NCBI GenBank assembly: GCA_024281375.1
Contig: JAJSAD010000041.1
Span: forward strand, 19,397-83,396
Direction of reading: 5' to 3'
Length of the DNA stretch: 64,000 nucleotides
Source of the DNA: Alphaproteobacteria bacterium
GTDB lineage: Bacteria > Pseudomonadota > Alphaproteobacteria > Caedimonadales > UBA9215
Part shown: positions 18,354 to 27,818 of the stretch, in pieces
Layout of the letters: each line of letters begins with the position of its first letter
Position numbering within the stretch: the first letter of the stretch is position 1
The notes under the pieces: model-generated
What the model saw: only the letters and a program-made list of their open reading frames with translations
Databases searched by the model: none
What the model was told of the DNA's origin: nothing
Made by a program: the position numbers and the translations under genes

Positions 18354-19382
18354 ATGGTTTTGACCCCCCTCACAAAAAAACGCCTTCAGTACTTTAAAGC
18401 CAATAAACGAGGCTATGTGTCTCTTTTGATTTTTGCTGTGCTCTTTATTGTGACCCTATTTGCAGAATTCATTTCCAATGACAAACCCTTTTTGATCAAA
18501 TACGACAATCAGTACTATATGCCCATTTTCAAGATGTATCCTGAAACAACTTTTGGTGGAGATTTTGAGACGGAAGCCGCCTACCGGGATCCCTTTGTCA
18601 AAGACCTCATCACAGAAAAAGGGGGGTGGATGGTCTGGCCCCTGATTCGATACAGCTACAATACCATCAACTATGATTTGCCCAGCCCGGCCCCCTCTTC
18701 ACCTACTTCCGAGAATTGGCTTGGAACCGATGACCAAGGCCGCGATGTCTTGGCACGTCTGATTTATGGTTTTCGTATTTCCGTCCTTTTCGGTCTTGTC
18801 CTCACTTTTTTCAGTTCTATTATTGGTGTTATTGCGGGGGGGACCCAAGGGTATTTCGGAGGCAAATATGACCTTATTTTTCAACGATTTGTCGAGATTT
18901 GGTCAGGTCTTCCCATCCTCTTTCTTTTGATTATTATGGGAAGCCTTGTGGAGCCTAATTTTTGGTGGCTTTTAGGGTTAATGCTTTTATTTAGCTGGAT
19001 GAGCCTTGTTGCTGTTGTGCGGGCTGAATTCTTGCGGGCTCGAAATTATGACTATGTCAAAGCAGCCCAAGCCCTCGGGGTCTCCAACAGAATGACTATG
19101 ATTCGCCACGTTCTCCCCAATGCGATGGTCGCAGCTTTGACCTATCTTCCCTTTATTTTGAATGGTTCTATTACAACCCTCACGTCTCTCGATTTTCTAG
19201 GATTTGGCCTGCCACCGGGCTCTCCCTCCTTGGGGGAAATGCTGGCCCAGGGTAAAAATAATCTCCATGCGCCCTGGCTTGGTATCACGTCTTTTCTCTC
19301 CGTTGCGGTAACTTTATCCCTACTGATCTTTGTGGGAGAAGGGGTCCGTGATGCCTTTGATCCCCGAAAGACGGAGCGTTAA
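18354..19382 (+). CDS. yejE: peptide ABC transporter permease YejE
   Basis: 342 aa BPD-type permease with WLGTDDQGRDVLARLIYG, immediately after yejB. Confidence 0.85.
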   Translation: MVLTPLTKKRLQYFKANKRGYVSLLIFAVLFIVTLFAEFISNDKPFLIKYDNQYYMPIFKMYPETTFGGDFETEAAYRDPFVKDLITEKGGWMVWPLIRYSYNTINYDLPSPAPSSPTSENWLGTDDQGRDVLARLIYGFRISVLFGLVLTFFSSIIGVIAGGTQGYFGGKYDLIFQRFVEIWSGLPILFLLIIMGSLVEPNFWWLLGLMLLFSWMSLVAVVRAEFLRARNYDYVKAAQALGVSNRMTMIRHVLPNAMVAALTYLPFILNGSITTLTSLDFLGFGLPPGSPSLGEMLAQGKNNLHAPWLGITSFLSVAVTLSLLIFVGEGVRDAFDPRKTER

Positions 19383-20986
19383 TGATGTCAAAACCTCTCC
19401 TCTCCGTTGAAGATTTAAGCGTCTCCTTTAAAGATGAAGAGGGAGATATTCAAGCTGTTAAAAATATCAGTTACATCCTTGAAGAAGGAAAAACCCTTGC
19501 CCTTGTGGGGGAGAGTGGCTCTGGAAAATCTGTTTCTTCCCTTGCTATTTTAAAACTTCTTCCTTATCCAAAAGCCTTTCATCCTTCCGGGAAAATCCAT
19601 TTTAAAGGGCAAGACTTGCTCTCCTTAACGGATAAACAGTTGGAAAGTATTCGCGGTAGTGATATTGCCATGATTTTCCAAGAGCCCTTAACAGCCCTCA
19701 ACCCCCTCCATTCCCTTGAACGTCAAATTAAAGAAGTTCTCGATCTTCATACAACCCTAACGAATACAGAAAAAACCGACCGTATTGTGGAGCTTTTAAA
19801 GGATGTTGGGTTTCCAGACGGGGTCGAACGCTTAAAATCCTATCCCCATGAGCTTTCCGGTGGACAGCGCCAACGCGTTATGATTGCGATGGCTTTAGCT
19901 GCTCATCCTAAAATCCTCATTGCTGATGAGCCCACAACAGCCCTTGATGTGACAACGCAACTCCAGATTCTCGAGCTCATTAAAACCCTGCAGAAAAAAC
20001 ATAATCTTGCTGTGCTCCTCATTACCCACGATTTAAACGTTGTGAAAAATCATGCGGATTCTGTTGCTGTTATGCGTCATGGAGAGCTCGTCGAGAAAAA
20101 TACAACGGTGGAAATTTTTAGAAATCCACAGCATCCTTATACCCAGGAACTCATTAATGCCGAGCCTCGTGGCCAGGCTGTTCCCCTTCCTAAAAACCCT
20201 GAAACACGATTGATAGCGGAAAATCTTTCTGTTCATTTCCCTATTAAGGCTGGTTTTTTCAAACGAACTGTTAGCTCTATCCGCGCCCTTGAGAGCGCTT
20301 CGTTTAATCTTAAAGAAGGAGAGACTCTTGGGATTGTTGGGGAAAGCGGCTCTGGAAAAAGCACCTTGGCCCTTGCTATTTTACGTCTTCAACGGGCAAC
20401 GTCGGGCAAAATTATTGTTCAGGGAACCGATATCACACATCTGAAAGGTAAAGCCATTCGGTCGTTGCGAAAAGACCTGCAAATTGTTTTCCAAGATCCT
20501 TTTGGGTCTTTGAACCCCCGTCTTTCTATTAATCAAATTATTGTAGAGGGCATTGATGTCCATAGATTGGCAACGACCAAAGATGAAAAAGAACGCCTCA
20601 TTATTAAAGCCATGGAAGAAGTTCACCTAGACCCTGAAACACGTCATCGATACCCCCATGAATTTTCGGGCGGTCAACGTCAACGTATTGCCATTGCAAG
20701 GTCCCTTGTGCTTAATCCTAAGGTATTAATTCTCGATGAACCCACCTCTGCCCTCGATCGGGCCGTTCAGGTGAGTGTCTTAGATCTTTTAAAAGACCTT
20801 CAAGAAAAACGAGGGTTGAGTTACCTCTTTATTAGCCATGATTTAAAGGTGGTAAAATCCATAGCCCACAAGATTATTGTGATGAAAGAGGGGTATATTG
20901 TTGAAGAGGGCTCTGCTCAAGAAATCTTTGAAAATCCCAAAAATTCCTATACCAAAACCCTCATCAAAGCGGCTTTTATGTCTTAG
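19382..20986 (+). CDS. yejF: peptide ABC transporter ATP-binding protein YejF (duplicated ATPase)
   Basis: Two ABC domains: GESGSGKS twice and SGGQRQR twice. 534 aa. The start overlaps the yejE stop. Confidence 0.9.
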   Translation: MMSKPLLSVEDLSVSFKDEEGDIQAVKNISYILEEGKTLALVGESGSGKSVSSLAILKLLPYPKAFHPSGKIHFKGQDLLSLTDKQLESIRGSDIAMIFQEPLTALNPLHSLERQIKEVLDLHTTLTNTEKTDRIVELLKDVGFPDGVERLKSYPHELSGGQRQRVMIAMALAAHPKILIADEPTTALDVTTQLQILELIKTLQKKHNLAVLLITHDLNVVKNHADSVAVMRHGELVEKNTTVEIFRNPQHPYTQELINAEPRGQAVPLPKNPETRLIAENLSVHFPIKAGFFKRTVSSIRALESASFNLKEGETLGIVGESGSGKSTLALAILRLQRATSGKIIVQGTDITHLKGKAIRSLRKDLQIVFQDPFGSLNPRLSINQIIVEGIDVHRLATTKDEKERLIIKAMEEVHLDPETRHRYPHEFSGGQRQRIAIARSLVLNPKVLILDEPTSALDRAVQVSVLDLLKDLQEKRGLSYLFISHDLKVVKSIAHKIIVMKEGYIVEEGSAQEIFENPKNSYTKTLIKAAFMS

Positions 20987-22077
20987 CTTCCAATACCCGC
21001 TTGAACACACAACAAGATCAATTGATCCCGCACAAAACGTCCCGCATATCCAGGGGCGCATCCCCCAGCCGTTCTCGCATTTTCTAAAAGAGAATGGATA
21101 ATGAAATCACGGGAATTTTTTGCAATACCACTTCCGTCAAAATCAAATTGACGCGACAAACCAATAGCCGTTGAAGCTAAATGCCAATTTTGCGATAGAA
21201 TAACCAAAGTGTTTAGCACACCAGACTCAGCATCTCCATAACCAGCGCCACCATATCCAGCTAATTGACCAAGGGCTGCACGAACAGCCGCACTATCCTT
21301 GTAGGCTAAAATCTCAGCCTGTAAATCCGCAAATGAATGCGTTACAAGGGTGCCCCTATAAGCTGTGAAAATTTCTTGAACTTCTGCGATATGTCCTTTA
21401 GACCACGCTTTATTAAAGTCATGGACATCCCCATCATCAAAAGCTTGCGCTGAAGCGAACAATGTTCCCAATTTTGCTTTATGATCTGAAGATAAATGAC
21501 TGGTAGGAGCGACATAAGTAGTTATTGGTTCTGCTGGAAAACGCTCTTCTGCATCTTCTTCCTTGAGGCGAAGAATATACTCACGTGAAGCTGCTTCTTG
21601 ACGCTTTTTTTCAGTCAGGCGCTCTTCTTCTTGAAGACGACGAATTAAATCCAAAGAAGCTGAGTCATCTGGCACGGGGGTCTCCGATGTTTCTTGGCGA
21701 CGGCTCAAAAAAGCCGCTGTGGCTACTGCGACTAGAGAATGGGTATAAGGGTCAACAGTTAAAGTGCTTTTAGCTGTTTCTCTTGCTTGGTCATCAAGAA
21801 AAGCAGCCGCGGCTCCATAATCAGAAACACCTTGATCAGCCATCGTTTGAAGCAATGTGTTCTCAGAATAACCATGTTGCTCAACAGTAGATGGTGTACT
21901 AGAAATAGAACGCTGTACCACCAAGCTTGCTTCTGCATCCGCCCAATCGCAACCCGTGTTTTGCATAACTTCCATAATATCCGTTTCAGAAAACGCACTT
22001 GCTTGCGCCCCTGTCCCAGCAGATAATCCACAAACTAAAACTGTCAAAAAAGAAAAATTTAAAAATTTCATAATCAT
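20983..22077 (-). CDS. hypothetical secreted protein with two N-terminal UBA/TS-N-like repeats
   Basis: Signal peptide (..GLSAGTGAQASA). Repeats are SETDIMEVMQNTGCDWADAEASL and SENTLLQTMADQGVSDYGAAAAFL, followed by a charged helical segment and a ~180-aa C-terminal domain of unknown type. The 3' end overlaps yejF by 4 bp. Confidence 0.6.
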   Translation of the reverse strand: MIMKFLNFSFLTVLVCGLSAGTGAQASAFSETDIMEVMQNTGCDWADAEASLVVQRSISSTPSTVEQHGYSENTLLQTMADQGVSDYGAAAAFLDDQARETAKSTLTVDPYTHSLVAVATAAFLSRRQETSETPVPDDSASLDLIRRLQEEERLTEKKRQEAASREYILRLKEEDAEERFPAEPITTYVAPTSHLSSDHKAKLGTLFASAQAFDDGDVHDFNKAWSKGHIAEVQEIFTAYRGTLVTHSFADLQAEILAYKDSAAVRAALGQLAGYGGAGYGDAESGVLNTLVILSQNWHLASTAIGLSRQFDFDGSGIAKNSRDFIIHSLLENARTAGGCAPGYAGRFVRDQLILLCVQAGIGS

Positions 22078-22258
22078 AAATACCTATTAAATTAAATAAT
22101 AAAAAAATATTATAGACACAAATCAACAAAAAAATCAACATATTATAAAATAATAAGAATATTTTTCTACAGTCGAATTTTCTAAATTATTTTTCCGTTT
22201 GTCATTTTTTTCATTAGTGTATACTACACCGTGACAGCTTAACAATAAGGATTAATCC

Positions 22259-23761
22259 GTGTCTCTTTCCGTAACCCCAACACAAACACCACCCGTTATA
22301 CCTATAGAAAAACAACCTAAAGCCCTTTATATTCTTTTCTTTGCAGAACTCTGGGAACGCTTTAGTTATTATGGAATGCGCGCCCTCCTCATTCTTTATA
22401 TGACAAAAGAACTGGTTTTTAGTAGTCATAATTCCTACGGCATTTTAGGGGCTTATATAGCTCTTATGTATGCTTCCAATGTTTTAGGAGGGTATCTGGC
22501 GGATAGTTTCTTAGGGAATCGACGTGCCGTTTTGATTGGGAGTGTTTTTATTATCTTAGGTCACCTGACCTTAACTCTCCCCCTTGGGGAAATATCCTTT
22601 TTCTATGGCCTTGCCTTTCTTGTGGTCGGAACAGGCTTCTTTAAACCCAATGTATCTAGTTTCTTAGGGCAATTTTACCATAAAGACGACCCCAGACGAG
22701 ATGCTGGCTTTACGATATTTTATATGGGTATCAACATTGGTGGCCTTTTAGCACCTCTTATATGTGGAACCGTTGGTGAAGTTTATGGGTGGCATTATGG
22801 CTTTGGTATCGCTGCCATTGGTATGGTTGCAGGCGCCCTTGTCTTCTACGGAGGCAAGAAACATTATGGCGATATAGGGCTTCCCCCTTTCCCAGAAGAA
22901 CTAAAGCGCCCTATTTTATTAGGACTCTGTCTTAGCAAAATTATTATTATAGGGGCTCTTTTGTTTGTCCCGCTGGTTGTTTATATCCTCCAAAACCATG
23001 AATATATGGGGGGGTTCTTAACTGTTTCAGGAACTGTTGTTTTTGTCATTGTTTCTGTTGTTGCGTTCAAATCGCCCTTAGAAGAACGCAAATGTATTTT
23101 CACCTTGATGCTTATGTTTATTTTTGTTGCTTGCTTCTTTGCTATTTTTGAACAAATGGGCGGTTCTCTTTTGCTTTTCGCTGAAAGAAATATTGATCGA
23201 GAAATGTTTGGCCTCACCATGCCAGCAACGTGGTCCCAATCCATTAATCCTATTTTTATTATTCTATTCAGCCCTCTGCTCTCCATAATTTGGACAAAAT
23301 TAGGCCAACATAATTTAGAACCCATGACCCCCTTTAAATTTCTCCTTGGATTTTTAATATCGAGTCTTGGATTCTATCTCTTTGTTGAAGGGATTCACTC
23401 TCATAACAATGGACTTGTAAATATCTGGTGGCTTATTACCGGAACGGCTTGCTTTACCATTGGTGAATTGTTTATCTCTCCCGTTGGTTTGTCTATGGTA
23501 ACGAAGCTTGCCCCGGCTAAATTCACAAGTCTTTTAATGGGCGTCTTTTTCTTTTCTATTGGCTTTGCAGCCTTCCTTGCCCAAAAAATTGCTCAAATCT
23601 TCGGGGCTCCTGAAGGCATAGACACACAGTCTGATATCATGGCGTCTTTAGCGGGATTTGAAAACATTTTCACCTTCATCTCTCAATTTGCCCTCGCCTC
23701 AGCCATTGGTGTTTTAGTAATCACTCCTATCATTTACGGTGTTTTTAAAAGACATGGATAA
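22259..23761 (+). CDS. POT/PTR2-family di-/tripeptide:proton symporter
   Basis: PTR2 signatures FFAELWERFSYYGMRALLILYM and FYMGINIGGLLAP. 500 aa polytopic protein, GTG start. Confidence 0.9.
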   Translation: MSLSVTPTQTPPVIPIEKQPKALYILFFAELWERFSYYGMRALLILYMTKELVFSSHNSYGILGAYIALMYASNVLGGYLADSFLGNRRAVLIGSVFIILGHLTLTLPLGEISFFYGLAFLVVGTGFFKPNVSSFLGQFYHKDDPRRDAGFTIFYMGINIGGLLAPLICGTVGEVYGWHYGFGIAAIGMVAGALVFYGGKKHYGDIGLPPFPEELKRPILLGLCLSKIIIIGALLFVPLVVYILQNHEYMGGFLTVSGTVVFVIVSVVAFKSPLEERKCIFTLMLMFIFVACFFAIFEQMGGSLLLFAERNIDREMFGLTMPATWSQSINPIFIILFSPLLSIIWTKLGQHNLEPMTPFKFLLGFLISSLGFYLFVEGIHSHNNGLVNIWWLITGTACFTIGELFISPVGLSMVTKLAPAKFTSLLMGVFFFSIGFAAFLAQKIAQIFGAPEGIDTQSDIMASLAGFENIFTFISQFALASAIGVLVITPIIYGVFKRHG

Positions 23762-23888
23762 AAAATAGAGAAAAACCATGAAACGATCCCCTCTTTTTTG
23801 GAGTTCTTTTGATCGATTAAAAATCGTCACAGTCCTCATTGCCTTAATGTGGGCCATCGTTTATTGGGCACTGTAAAGAGGATATATT

Positions 23889-24731
23889 ATGACGATGATC
23901 AACAGTCTCTTTCCAGAAAAACATCCTCCTCAGTCTGCCTCTTTTTATGACTCACATACAGAATCTCAAGATCTCATTCGCCTTGATAATTTATGTGTCA
24001 AATACCGCCAACACATTGCCCTCGAAGCCCTTTCTGGATCATTTGAAAAGGGCAGCCTCACGGCAATTATTGGTCCCAATGGCGGGGGAAAAAGCACCCT
24101 CCTAAAAGCCATCCTTGGCATGGAACCCCTTGCATCGGGATCTATTTCTCTCAATCAAAACCTTCAGGGAACTTTTTCTTATCTCCCTCAACAAGCAGAA
24201 ATGGACCGCTCATTCCCTTTAACGGTTCAAGATGTTGTCGCCTCCGGACACTGTCAACACCAAGGATTTTTCAAAGGATTTGATAAGAAGCTTCAAGAAA
24301 AAGTCGAGGAAGCCCTTGAAGAGGTTGGCATGCTAGAATGCCTGAATAGAGCCCTTGATGAACTCTCTGGTGGACAATTCCAGCGCGTCCTCTTTGCACG
24401 CCTTGCCTTACAAGATGCGGATTGTATTTTATTGGATGAACCCTTTACGGCGATCGATACCTATACCGTTAATGATCTTATAAAAATTATTCTAAAATGG
24501 CACAAATCTGGTAAAACCCTTCTTATTGTAAATCATGACCTTGATCTTGTCCAAGATCACTTCCCAACGTCCCTCATGATCGCCAGACGCGTCCTTCAAT
24601 GGGGAAACACAAAAGATGTGGTGACCTTAGAGAATCTCAGGCATGCAAAACATATTTCAAGGCACCTTGAAAACCGAGATGTCGACCCAGGAGATGAAAT
24701 TTTTGAGGTGAAAAAACTGACTCATGTATGA
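23889..24731 (+). CDS. metal (Zn/Mn-type) ABC transporter ATP-binding protein
   Basis: Walker A GPNGGGKST, signature LSGGQFQR, Walker B ILLDEP. First gene of a C-B-A cluster. Confidence 0.85.
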   Translation: MTMINSLFPEKHPPQSASFYDSHTESQDLIRLDNLCVKYRQHIALEALSGSFEKGSLTAIIGPNGGGKSTLLKAILGMEPLASGSISLNQNLQGTFSYLPQQAEMDRSFPLTVQDVVASGHCQHQGFFKGFDKKLQEKVEEALEEVGMLECLNRALDELSGGQFQRVLFARLALQDADCILLDEPFTAIDTYTVNDLIKIILKWHKSGKTLLIVNHDLDLVQDHFPTSLMIARRVLQWGNTKDVVTLENLRHAKHISRHLENRDVDPGDEIFEVKKLTHV

Positions 24732-25572
24732 TTTTTTCATAGAGCCCTTTGCTGATTTTATGTTTATGCGCCGCGCCCTTGCAGCCTCCTTTGCCCTTGC
24801 CCTTGGATGTGCCCCCATCGGTGTTTTGCTGGTTTTGCGCCGTATGAGCCTCATGGGAGATGCCCTCTCTCACTCTATTTTACCAGGTGTTGCCGTTGGC
24901 TATGTCTTTGCCGGACTCTCTCTTCCCATTATGGGGTTGGGGGGCTTTATTGCCGGTCTTTTTGTCGCTTTCATTGCAACTCTTGTCACCCGCTATACCA
25001 TCCTTAAGGAAGATGCGAGCTTTGTGGGCTTTTACCTCATCGCGCTGTCATCAGGGGCTGTCATTGTCTCTATTTTTGGGAGTAACGTTGACCTCCTTCA
25101 TATTCTTTTTGGACAAATTCTAGGGGTCACAACGGATGCTCTCTATTTAATTGGCGCCATCACAACCTTCTCTCTTATTGTCTTAAGTTTCATTTATCGC
25201 CCTCTCATGATTGAGTGTTATGACCCTGTTTATATGCGCTCTATTGGGGCAAGCGGCACCTTTTATCACATTATTTTCATGATGCTCGTCGTTCTCAATA
25301 TGATTGCTGCCTTCCAAGCTCTTGGGACGTTAATGGCTCTTGGAATGATGATGCTCCCCGCCGTCGCCGCGCGTTTTTGGGGCCGAGAAGTTGGCGGAAT
25401 CTTTGTCATTGCCGCTATGATTGCTTTTGTTTCTGGATATATAGGCTTGTTGCTTTCCTATCATTACAAAATTCCCAGCGGACCCGGTATTATCCTTGTC
25501 GCTGGTATCCTTTATATTATTTCTTTATTGGTTGGGCGTTATGGAAGTGTGCGTCAAAAGGTCTTTTCATGA
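24724..25572 (+). CDS. metal ABC transporter permease (ABC-3 family)
   Basis: 282 aa polytopic ZnuB/MntB-like sequence (MGDALSHSILPGVA). Overlaps both neighbouring genes. Confidence 0.85.
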   Translation: MYDFFIEPFADFMFMRRALAASFALALGCAPIGVLLVLRRMSLMGDALSHSILPGVAVGYVFAGLSLPIMGLGGFIAGLFVAFIATLVTRYTILKEDASFVGFYLIALSSGAVIVSIFGSNVDLLHILFGQILGVTTDALYLIGAITTFSLIVLSFIYRPLMIECYDPVYMRSIGASGTFYHIIFMMLVVLNMIAAFQALGTLMALGMMMLPAVAARFWGREVGGIFVIAAMIAFVSGYIGLLLSYHYKIPSGPGIILVAGILYIISLLVGRYGSVRQKVFS

Positions 25573-26465
25573 AATTAATTATCGCCTTTCTTGCCCTTTT
25601 TTATGCCCTCCCCACCCATGCCAAAAATAAACTTTTTGTGGTGTCTAGCTTTAGCATCTTAGGAGATGTTGTTCAAAATGTGGGAGGAGACCTCATTGAG
25701 GTGCAAACAATTGTGGGACCTAACGAAGATACCCATGCCTATAATCCAACACCTAATGATAATAAACTTATCCTTAAAGCCGATCTTATCGTTATTAATG
25801 GCCTTAGTTTTGAGACATGGTTCCAACGACTGATAAAAGCATCGGGCTATAAAGGGCCTGTTACCATCGCTTCAAAAAGCATTCCGTTTCACAAAATGAT
25901 GGAGCCTCAATTTTCCGATGAGCCCGTCCCAGACCCCCATGTTTGGAGTAATCCCCGTCATGTGATGATCTGGGTTCAAAACATTAAAAAAGCTCTCCAA
26001 AAAATTGATCCAAATAACACAATCCTTTATGAGAAAAACGCTTCTGATTATATTGAAAAATTAGAGACACTTAACCAGTGGATTAAAGATCAATTTAAAG
26101 GTATTCCAAAGGACACTTGCAAAGTGATCACAGCCCATGATGCTTTTAATTATTTTGAAAAAGCCTACGGCCTTGTATTCCTTGCCCCCCAAGGTCTCTC
26201 AACATTAGATGAACCCTCGGCCCATGAAATGGTTAATCTTATCAAACAAATTAAAAAAGAAAAAATTTCAACGATTTTTGTAGAAAATATCTCTAGTCAA
26301 CATCTCATCAAACAACTTGCCAGCGAAACAGGAGCAAAAATCGGTGGCACTCTCTACTCTGATGCGTTATCCAAAAAAGAAGAACCTGGCGGAACGTATC
26401 TCAACATGATGCACCACAATGTCTCAACCCTTGCAACCTCTCTTGGTTGTACTGTGAGTCCTTGA
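25569..26465 (+). CDS. metal ABC transporter substrate-binding protein (TroA/ZnuA-like)
   Basis: Signal peptide MKLIIAFLALFYALPTHA, then DTHAYNPTP and DPHVW metal-ligand motifs. Start at ATG 25569 overlaps the permease stop. The listed ORF start 25377 is an out-of-frame overlap of the permease gene. No His-rich loop is present. Confidence 0.8.
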   Translation: MKLIIAFLALFYALPTHAKNKLFVVSSFSILGDVVQNVGGDLIEVQTIVGPNEDTHAYNPTPNDNKLILKADLIVINGLSFETWFQRLIKASGYKGPVTIASKSIPFHKMMEPQFSDEPVPDPHVWSNPRHVMIWVQNIKKALQKIDPNNTILYEKNASDYIEKLETLNQWIKDQFKGIPKDTCKVITAHDAFNYFEKAYGLVFLAPQGLSTLDEPSAHEMVNLIKQIKKEKISTIFVENISSQHLIKQLASETGAKIGGTLYSDALSKKEEPGGTYLNMMHHNVSTLATSLGCTVSP

Positions 26466-26469
26466 CATC

Positions 26470-27072
26470 ATGTTATATCGTACCGTTGGACTTCTCATCA
26501 TTGGTTTTGTTGCTTGGTTTGGCGGCCTTGTCTGGTTTATTGACGATATGCCCCAAGGCTCCCCTACCCCCCAGACAAAAACCAAGGCCATTGTTGTTCT
26601 CACAGGAGGAAATAACCGAATCGCTGAAGGATTAACTTTGCTCTCTCAAAAGAAATCTCCAAAACTGATGATCTCTGGGGTGCGTCGGGGGGCTTCTTTA
26701 CAAGCTGTTATTAGGGCATCGGGCTACCAAGGGTTTGTTAATGCTCAACGGGTAACCCTTGATTACAAATCAACCACAACCGTTGAAAATGCCAAAAATG
26801 TCGCGAGATGGTGCCGACGGAAACAAATTGATTCTATTCGCCTCGTCACGGCAAACTACCACATGAAACGAGCGCTTATTGAGTTTAATCACACCTTAAA
26901 AAATGTTAAAATTATTTCACATGCTGTGAATCCTCTTGATTCTCCGCGTAACTCGTGGTGTAAAGACTATAAGGTTTTTTGTCTTTATTTAAATGAGTAT
27001 CATAAATACTTAGGAGCCTTGGTGCGAATGAAGGTGCGCCATTTTTATGAAAAGGAATATAAAACAGAATGA
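26470..27072 (+). CDS. DUF218 (YdcF/ElyC/SanA-like) membrane-anchored protein
   Basis: N-terminal TM, then VVLTGGNNRI..LMISGV..VTANYHMKRA, typical of DUF218. Confidence 0.7.
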   Translation: MLYRTVGLLIIGFVAWFGGLVWFIDDMPQGSPTPQTKTKAIVVLTGGNNRIAEGLTLLSQKKSPKLMISGVRRGASLQAVIRASGYQGFVNAQRVTLDYKSTTTVENAKNVARWCRRKQIDSIRLVTANYHMKRALIEFNHTLKNVKIISHAVNPLDSPRNSWCKDYKVFCLYLNEYHKYLGALVRMKVRHFYEKEYKTE

Positions 27073-27818
27073 TACAATATGTTCGTTCTTTCATTTTTAA
27101 TATTGTTTTTTTTGTCTGGATGATTTTTGTCTCCATCGCTTGTCTTATTGCGAGTGTGTTTTGGGGATACAAAGGCATTAACCGTGTAGGAGAAATGTGT
27201 TCTTTCATGGTTGAGCACTTTCTACGCTTCATCGTTGGAGTCACCACGGAATTTCGAGGTCAAGAACATATTCCAACAGATGGGAAATTCTTGGTGGCTT
27301 GTAAACATCAGTCCGCTTGGGAGACGATCTCTCTTCACCGTTTCGTTAAAGACCCCACCGTTGTGATGAAAAAAGAACTTAGCAAATGGCCTCTTTTTGG
27401 AAAAGTTGTGGTGCAAGCAGGCTCTATTCTCATTGACCGGAAAAAAGGGAAAGAGGTTCTTCCCCAAATGATTGAAGGAACGACAAAAAGTCTGAAAATT
27501 GGGCGTCCTGTTTTTATATTTCCAGAGGGCACCCGAAGTACTCCTGGTAAACCAGGACGCTATCGCCATGGCATTTTTGCTCTCTATGATGCTCTCAAAG
27601 TTCCTGTTCTTCCCATTGCCTTAAATTCTGGATATTTTTGGCCCAAACGTGGTTTTTTGAAGAAAAAAGGACATATCGTTATGGAGCGCCTCCCCGTGAT
27701 CCAACCAGGCCTTAAGGAAAAAGATTTTATGAAAAAACTTGAACGTGTCATTGAAGACGCCTCTTTAAAAATTGCTCCTCAAGAAACAACATGCCCTCAA
27801 AAAAAGGCCCTTTTATGA
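27069..27818 (+). CDS. plsC: 1-acyl-sn-glycerol-3-phosphate acyltransferase
   Basis: Acyltransferase blocks KHQSAWE (H-x4-D/E variant) and FPEGTRS. N-terminal TM. ATGA overlap with the upstream gene. Confidence 0.8.
   Translation: MIQYVRSFIFNIVFFVWMIFVSIACLIASVFWGYKGINRVGEMCSFMVEHFLRFIVGVTTEFRGQEHIPTDGKFLVACKHQSAWETISLHRFVKDPTVVMKKELSKWPLFGKVVVQAGSILIDRKKGKEVLPQMIEGTTKSLKIGRPVFIFPEGTRSTPGKPGRYRHGIFALYDALKVPVLPIALNSGYFWPKRGFLKKKGHIVMERLPVIQPGLKEKDFMKKLERVIEDASLKIAPQETTCPQKKALL

Noticed and set aside
25377-25568. N-terminal 64-codon extension of the substrate-binding protein ORF (listed start 25377)
   Set aside because: The extension lies entirely inside the permease gene in another frame. 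The true product starts with a typical signal peptide at ATG 25569, which overlaps the permease stop.
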